A stretch of DNA of 32,000 nt from Candidatus Hermodarchaeota archaeon (GTDB lineage: Archaea; Asgardarchaeota; Heimdallarchaeia; Hodarchaeales; Hodarchaeaceae), in contig JBHLKY010000002.1 of NCBI GenBank assembly GCA_048886185.1, forward strand, positions 262,359 through 294,358. Reading direction: 5' to 3'. Shown piece after piece: positions 28,312 to 32,000 of the stretch (position 1 is the stretch's first letter; every line of letters begins with the position of its first letter). The position numbers and the translations under genes are program-made. Below the pieces are notes generated by a model. That model saw nothing but the letters and a program-made list of their open reading frames with translations, did no database searches and was not told the origin of the DNA.

Positions 28312-31041
28312 TCAGATTCGTGTACTCTGGATAAATGGTCTCTCCTTTCCCTGTTCAATCTCCCATTTTTTCCGTTCTGAACGCAATCTAAAAAGATCTA
28401 CTTCCTTATAGATCAATTCCTCCTTTTTAGGAGGAATTTTTCGTTCAATTTGTTCTCTTTCAGGCGTAAAAATAAAAGATTCACCTACTTCTGCGATATT
28501 CGCGAAGAAACAGTAAGCATAGATAGATCTACGAGCATCAAAATGTGCTGCGTTAAAATCAGCAGTAACAGGGGTGAAGGCTGGATTAAATATCATATCC
28601 ACGGGAGGATCAGAATTTTTAAGTTCAACACGTAGATCCATGTCCAAAAAATCCCTGCAGATTGTTATCGCAATATTACCATATTCAGTTCTACAGACAA
28701 TTGTATTTCTAGTAAAAGCGTCAGTGTTAATTCCTTCCTTGAGTCTTCTCCCATGATAATGGATTATGGCTGGTATATGTTTTTCTTGTTGCCATAGGAC
28801 ACCCTCTGGACCTAAAACCATACAAATGTTTCTTTTAGTATGTTGGTCATGATATGAACCGGGAATGATATACATGTCATAATTATTAGCAAGTTTAGTC
28901 ACATCCTCAAGCAATTCCTGGTAATTGAAATCAATAGATAGCTCTGGAAAGAGTAAGACTTTAATGTCTTTAGAATGAGCATCTATTACTAATTCCTTTA
29001 CCTTTCTCCTTATAACTTCCAGTTTTTCTTTTCTAAGATTAAAAAGCCCTTCTGATTTTTCTTCATAAAACTCATTCACAATATCATCAGTCTCAGCCAC
29101 GCCTATCTGGGCAATCGCAACTTTAAAGTTATTTTTTTCGGTTTTAGAGGTATCTTTAAGCAGATCTAAATGGATTAGATGATATTTTCTTATTGGTACT
29201 TCTTCCCAAGCCGTTCTCTTATATTTCTCTCTCCTAGCATATTTTTCCACCTCCTCCTCGGTGATTTCGAAAGGATTTCCTGCAACTCGAGACATCATTT
29301 CCTCTAATCTCGTTAATTCGAATCTTTTTGCTAAAGGTACATTTTGTTTAATGAGAAATTGCCATTCTTCTACCTGTGCCTCTAATGCTGTTTTTTCATT
29401 AAATATTTTTACAGCTAAATTCCTTAAACCTTTTTCTTCTGCAATTAATAAAGCAAAATCTAATAATTCTTGCGCTTTTACAAAATCTAATTCTAAAAGT
29501 GCAAGTTTAGATTGAAGAACATAAGTCTCAGTAAGTATAGAATGAGAAGATTGATTTTTGGCTATGTCAAGGAGTTGATTTGTCAACTCTTTGACTTTAA
29601 TAAGAATTTCTTCTTCTCCAGTCATTTTGAGCTCATAGAGTAATAGATCACTCAAAAATATCATTGCAGTAATAGTTAAATTATGATCAACAACGTCTTC
29701 TTCTACTACTTTCTCAAGAATTTCTATAGCTTTCATCTTTAACCTAAAACGGGGACTATTCTTGAGTATGAGAGCTTTTCCAATGAGATATTTTTGATTA
29801 ACAATCCGATTATTAACTCGTTCTTTGATCCCTTCAAGCTTTTGTAGATAATTTTGGGAAAGAGATGGTTCATTATTGTCCAAACAAAGTAATATTAGAT
29901 TGTAAAGAACGTCGGAAGTTGAAAGATTGTTTTGTAACTCCTCAAATATTTTTAAGCTTCGTAGAAAATATTTTTGAGCCCATTTAGAATTCTTTTTTAT
30001 TTTATAGATCTCACCAATGTTGACAAATGACAAAGCGATGTCTGCCTTCATTCCGAGCTCTTCATAGAGGGCAAGACTTTCCTGATGATATTCCAATGCC
30101 AGATTAAGGGCACCTTTCAACTGATATACATCACCCAAGTTGTTAAGTACAAGAGCAATGTGTTTTTTATCACCTAATTTCTCAAAAATTAACTGAGACT
30201 GTTGATAGTATTCTAACGCCTGATTTAAGCTTCCTTGCATACGATAATTCACACCTAAATTGAGAAGAGAAAGTGCGATTTCATTTTGGTTTCCAATTCG
30301 TTCTTTAAGGGCTAAACTTTTCTGATAGAATTCTAAGGCTTTTTTATGGTCTCCTTTCAGCTGATAAACAGTACCTAAATTATTATAATTTGAAGCGAGA
30401 ATTTGATCATCCATCACCTCCTCTATAGTACTTATACTCTTTTGATGACACTCAATTGCCTTATCTAAATATCCTTTTGAGCGATATAAAAGACCTAGAT
30501 TATTTAATACTTTAGCGACTCCTTGTGTGGCATTTAGCGCCTGAAAGAAGGTTAAGCTCCTTTGATGGTCTTTTAGTGATTGATCAAAATTACCTTGATA
30601 CCATTCAAAAACTCCCTTTGATAATAAGAAATCCCCTCTTCTTCTTTCAACCTCATCTATTTCATCATAATCATGTTCTATTTCCTGAAATATCTCCTCC
30701 ACCCTTTGTGATACTTGTAATCCTTCGTTAAATCTGCTTGAACGCCAACAAATCTCTAATTTATTCAATAAAATGTCAACTATAACTAATTTATTTTTTA
30801 TTCCTTTAAAATTCTTTAACATTCTTTCAATCTGCTCATCAGCTTTCTCTATCTCTCCAAGTTTGATCATAAGTTGATTTTCAATTAATAAGCAATTTAA
30901 TTGATCATTTAAAGAAAGCTCTTTGTCAATGAAAAGTTTTCTGACTAATTCTATAGCTTTTTTATAATCTCCTCTACTCATAAGATTTTTTACATGCTCA
31001 ATTTCATCTTTGAAGTTGTCAATCAAGTAAATTCTTTCCAA
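28312..31041 (-). CDS. TPR protein fused to a C-terminal carbon-nitrogen hydrolase (nitrilase-like) domain
   Basis: About 7 TPRs; the domain from about aa 638 has VAIAQ, FPEL (E700), QEKH (K754), ICRDF (C795), NPAFT and FANIA. Confidence 0.9.
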   Translation of the reverse strand: MERIYLIDNFKDEIEHVKNLMSRGDYKKAIELVRKLFIDKELSLNDQLNCLLIENQLMIKLGEIEKADEQIERMLKNFKGIKNKLVIVDILLNKLEICWRSSRFNEGLQVSQRVEEIFQEIEHDYDEIDEVERRRGDFLLSKGVFEWYQGNFDQSLKDHQRSLTFFQALNATQGVAKVLNNLGLLYRSKGYLDKAIECHQKSISTIEEVMDDQILASNYNNLGTVYQLKGDHKKALEFYQKSLALKERIGNQNEIALSLLNLGVNYRMQGSLNQALEYYQQSQLIFEKLGDKKHIALVLNNLGDVYQLKGALNLALEYHQESLALYEELGMKADIALSFVNIGEIYKIKKNSKWAQKYFLRSLKIFEELQNNLSTSDVLYNLILLCLDNNEPSLSQNYLQKLEGIKERVNNRIVNQKYLIGKALILKNSPRFRLKMKAIEILEKVVEEDVVDHNLTITAMIFLSDLLLYELKMTGEEEILIKVKELTNQLLDIAKNQSSHSILTETYVLQSKLALLELDFVKAQELLDFALLIAEEKGLRNLAVKIFNEKTALEAQVEEWQFLIKQNVPLAKRFELTRLEEMMSRVAGNPFEITEEEVEKYARREKYKRTAWEEVPIRKYHLIHLDLLKDTSKTEKNNFKVAIAQIGVAETDDIVNEFYEEKSEGLFNLRKEKLEVIRRKVKELVIDAHSKDIKVLLFPELSIDFNYQELLEDVTKLANNYDMYIIPGSYHDQHTKRNICMVLGPEGVLWQQEKHIPAIIHYHGRRLKEGINTDAFTRNTIVCRTEYGNIAITICRDFLDMDLRVELKNSDPPVDMIFNPAFTPVTADFNAAHFDARRSIYAYCFFANIAEVGESFIFTPEREQIERKIPPKKEELIYKEVDLFRLRSERKKWEIEQGKERPFIQSTRI

Positions 31042-31499
31042 GTTATTTTAATGAAAATTCTGAAGAATTCAAAACCTCAAGAAGCCTAGGCGTTATAATT
31101 AATATCTATTATTATATCTCTTTTTATATAAGATGGTAGGGATATCTAAAATTATACAGCATTAATAATCTTACATTATTTTAGAAGAAAAATGAGTAAC
31201 CAACTCCCTATTTACAACAAGTTGAAGCGATTACTTAGTGTAGAGGTGTTCAACTTCAGATTAACGGTATTTTCTATAGTTCATTTCAAATAAGAAATTA
31301 TTAAAGTCCATATTTTCCATTCTGTTTCCGATACTACTTGCATTTACCCCCCAAAACGCAATTCAGGGAGTAAATTCTGTGAAAAAATAAAATAAAGGGA
31401 AAAAATTAGTCTGGAATAAATTACTATATATATTAATTATAAAGGAGTTGTTACCAATATAGAGAAAAAAAGGGAAGGAAAACTTGAAGAAAGGGAATT

Positions 31500-32000
31500 C
31501 TACATTCTTTCTTTTTTACGTCTATAAACTAAGAGAGGTAGAATTATGAGTAATAATGTTAAGATAGAAAACCCAGGCACATCTTTAGAAGAATATTTTG
31601 TAAACGACACTTCTTTTTCCCAAAACATTGACCAAGGCCTATACCTCAAATTACCATCTGGAGACCAGTTCATCAAGAGAACTACCCGACAAGTAGTGTT
31701 CTCTTGGGCTTTGAAAATACAAGAGAATGTCACTTCTTCTCCTGAGCCAATTTCAAATGCTGGATCTGGATTGTTTATAATATAAAATGTCTGCAGGTAT
31801 GGCACATTATCATTATAATATAGTTCCTGTGCTACAAGGGCATGTGTAAAGTTTACATTCACCTCTTTTCCATTGATATGAAAATTGTTTACATCTATTT
31901 TATCGGAATCAATAAGTAGTTCAAAGTTTGGGCTAGGATGTTTTTCGATAATTCCTTTCCCTATACCAAATACAGCAATGCTATCTGTTGCTAGGTATAG
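31500..32000 (-). CDS. 3' part of a secreted/surface protein with a PGF-type C-terminal sorting and anchor segment (5'-truncated by the window)
   Basis: The frame of 31500-31862 stays open to 32000; it ends VPGFSILTLLLIILPLLVYRRKKERM (PGF, TM helix, basic cluster). Confidence 0.85.
   Translation of the reverse strand, partial: LYLATDSIAVFGIGKGIIEKHPSPNFELLIDSDKIDVNNFHINGKEVNVNFTHALVAQELYYNDNVPYLQTFYIINNPDPAFEIGSGEEVTFSCIFKAQENTTCRVVLLMNWSPDGNLRYRPWSMFWEKEVSFTKYSSKDVPGFSILTLLLIILPLLVYRRKKERM

Noticed and set aside
28190-28314. About 40 open codons after the TGA of the TPR-nitrilase (similarly after the acyltransferase TGA at 8354), suggesting selenocysteine readthrough
   Set aside because: Both domains appear complete before the stop, no SECIS-like hairpin was identified, and such open stretches are expected by chance.
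28312-29130. Calling the nitrilase gene a DRT1 defence system
   Set aside because: No reverse transcriptase (YxDD) ORF is present in the window.
31219-31256. 8-bp inverted repeat AAGTTGAA/TTCAACTT (also the 9-bp TTCTTCCTC/GAGGAAGAA at 15439-15498)
   Set aside because: Short, with long loops in AT-rich DNA; compatible with chance, and no paired copies elsewhere suggest a MITE or operator.
1-32000. CRISPR array, integron attC array, rRNA/tRNA, IS element
   Set aside because: No regularly spaced repeats, no recognisable structural RNA and no transposase or integrase motifs seen by eye.

Overview
Low-GC, gene-dense prokaryotic window with no rRNA, tRNA, CRISPR array or transposase that I can recognise. 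It is probably archaeal, likely Asgard (Heimdallarchaeia/Hodarchaeales-like). That assignment is an inference from the long TPR proteins, a NosD-FN3-TM-wHTH protein, a PGF-type C-terminal anchor and GGTGA Shine-Dalgarno motifs. The window behaves like a high-turnover accessory region for redox, detoxification and signalling. Paired or clustered genes: two rhodanese-TusA fusions, each next to a Zn-less MDR/quinone-reductase-like gene, with three further broken pieces of that MDR family; and a group II PLP decarboxylase, a tandem GbsR/MarR regulator and a stand-alone condensation-domain acyltransferase side by side. Other enzymes: flavodoxin, flavodiiron protein (FprA), M24 peptidase, DUF169, GNAT, SDR with a Zn-ribbon, amidohydrolase and DUF4386. 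Signalling-type proteins: a membrane-spanning beta-helix/wHTH regulator and two paralogous TPR proteins, one fused to a nitrilase domain with an intact E-K-C triad. Many intergenic stretches look like gene remnants. The best candidates for undescribed systems are the TPR-nitrilase sensor-effector, the decarboxylase plus C-domain amine N-acylation module, and the repeated rhodanese-TusA/MDR cassette. All functional calls come from motif recognition by eye, with no database searches.
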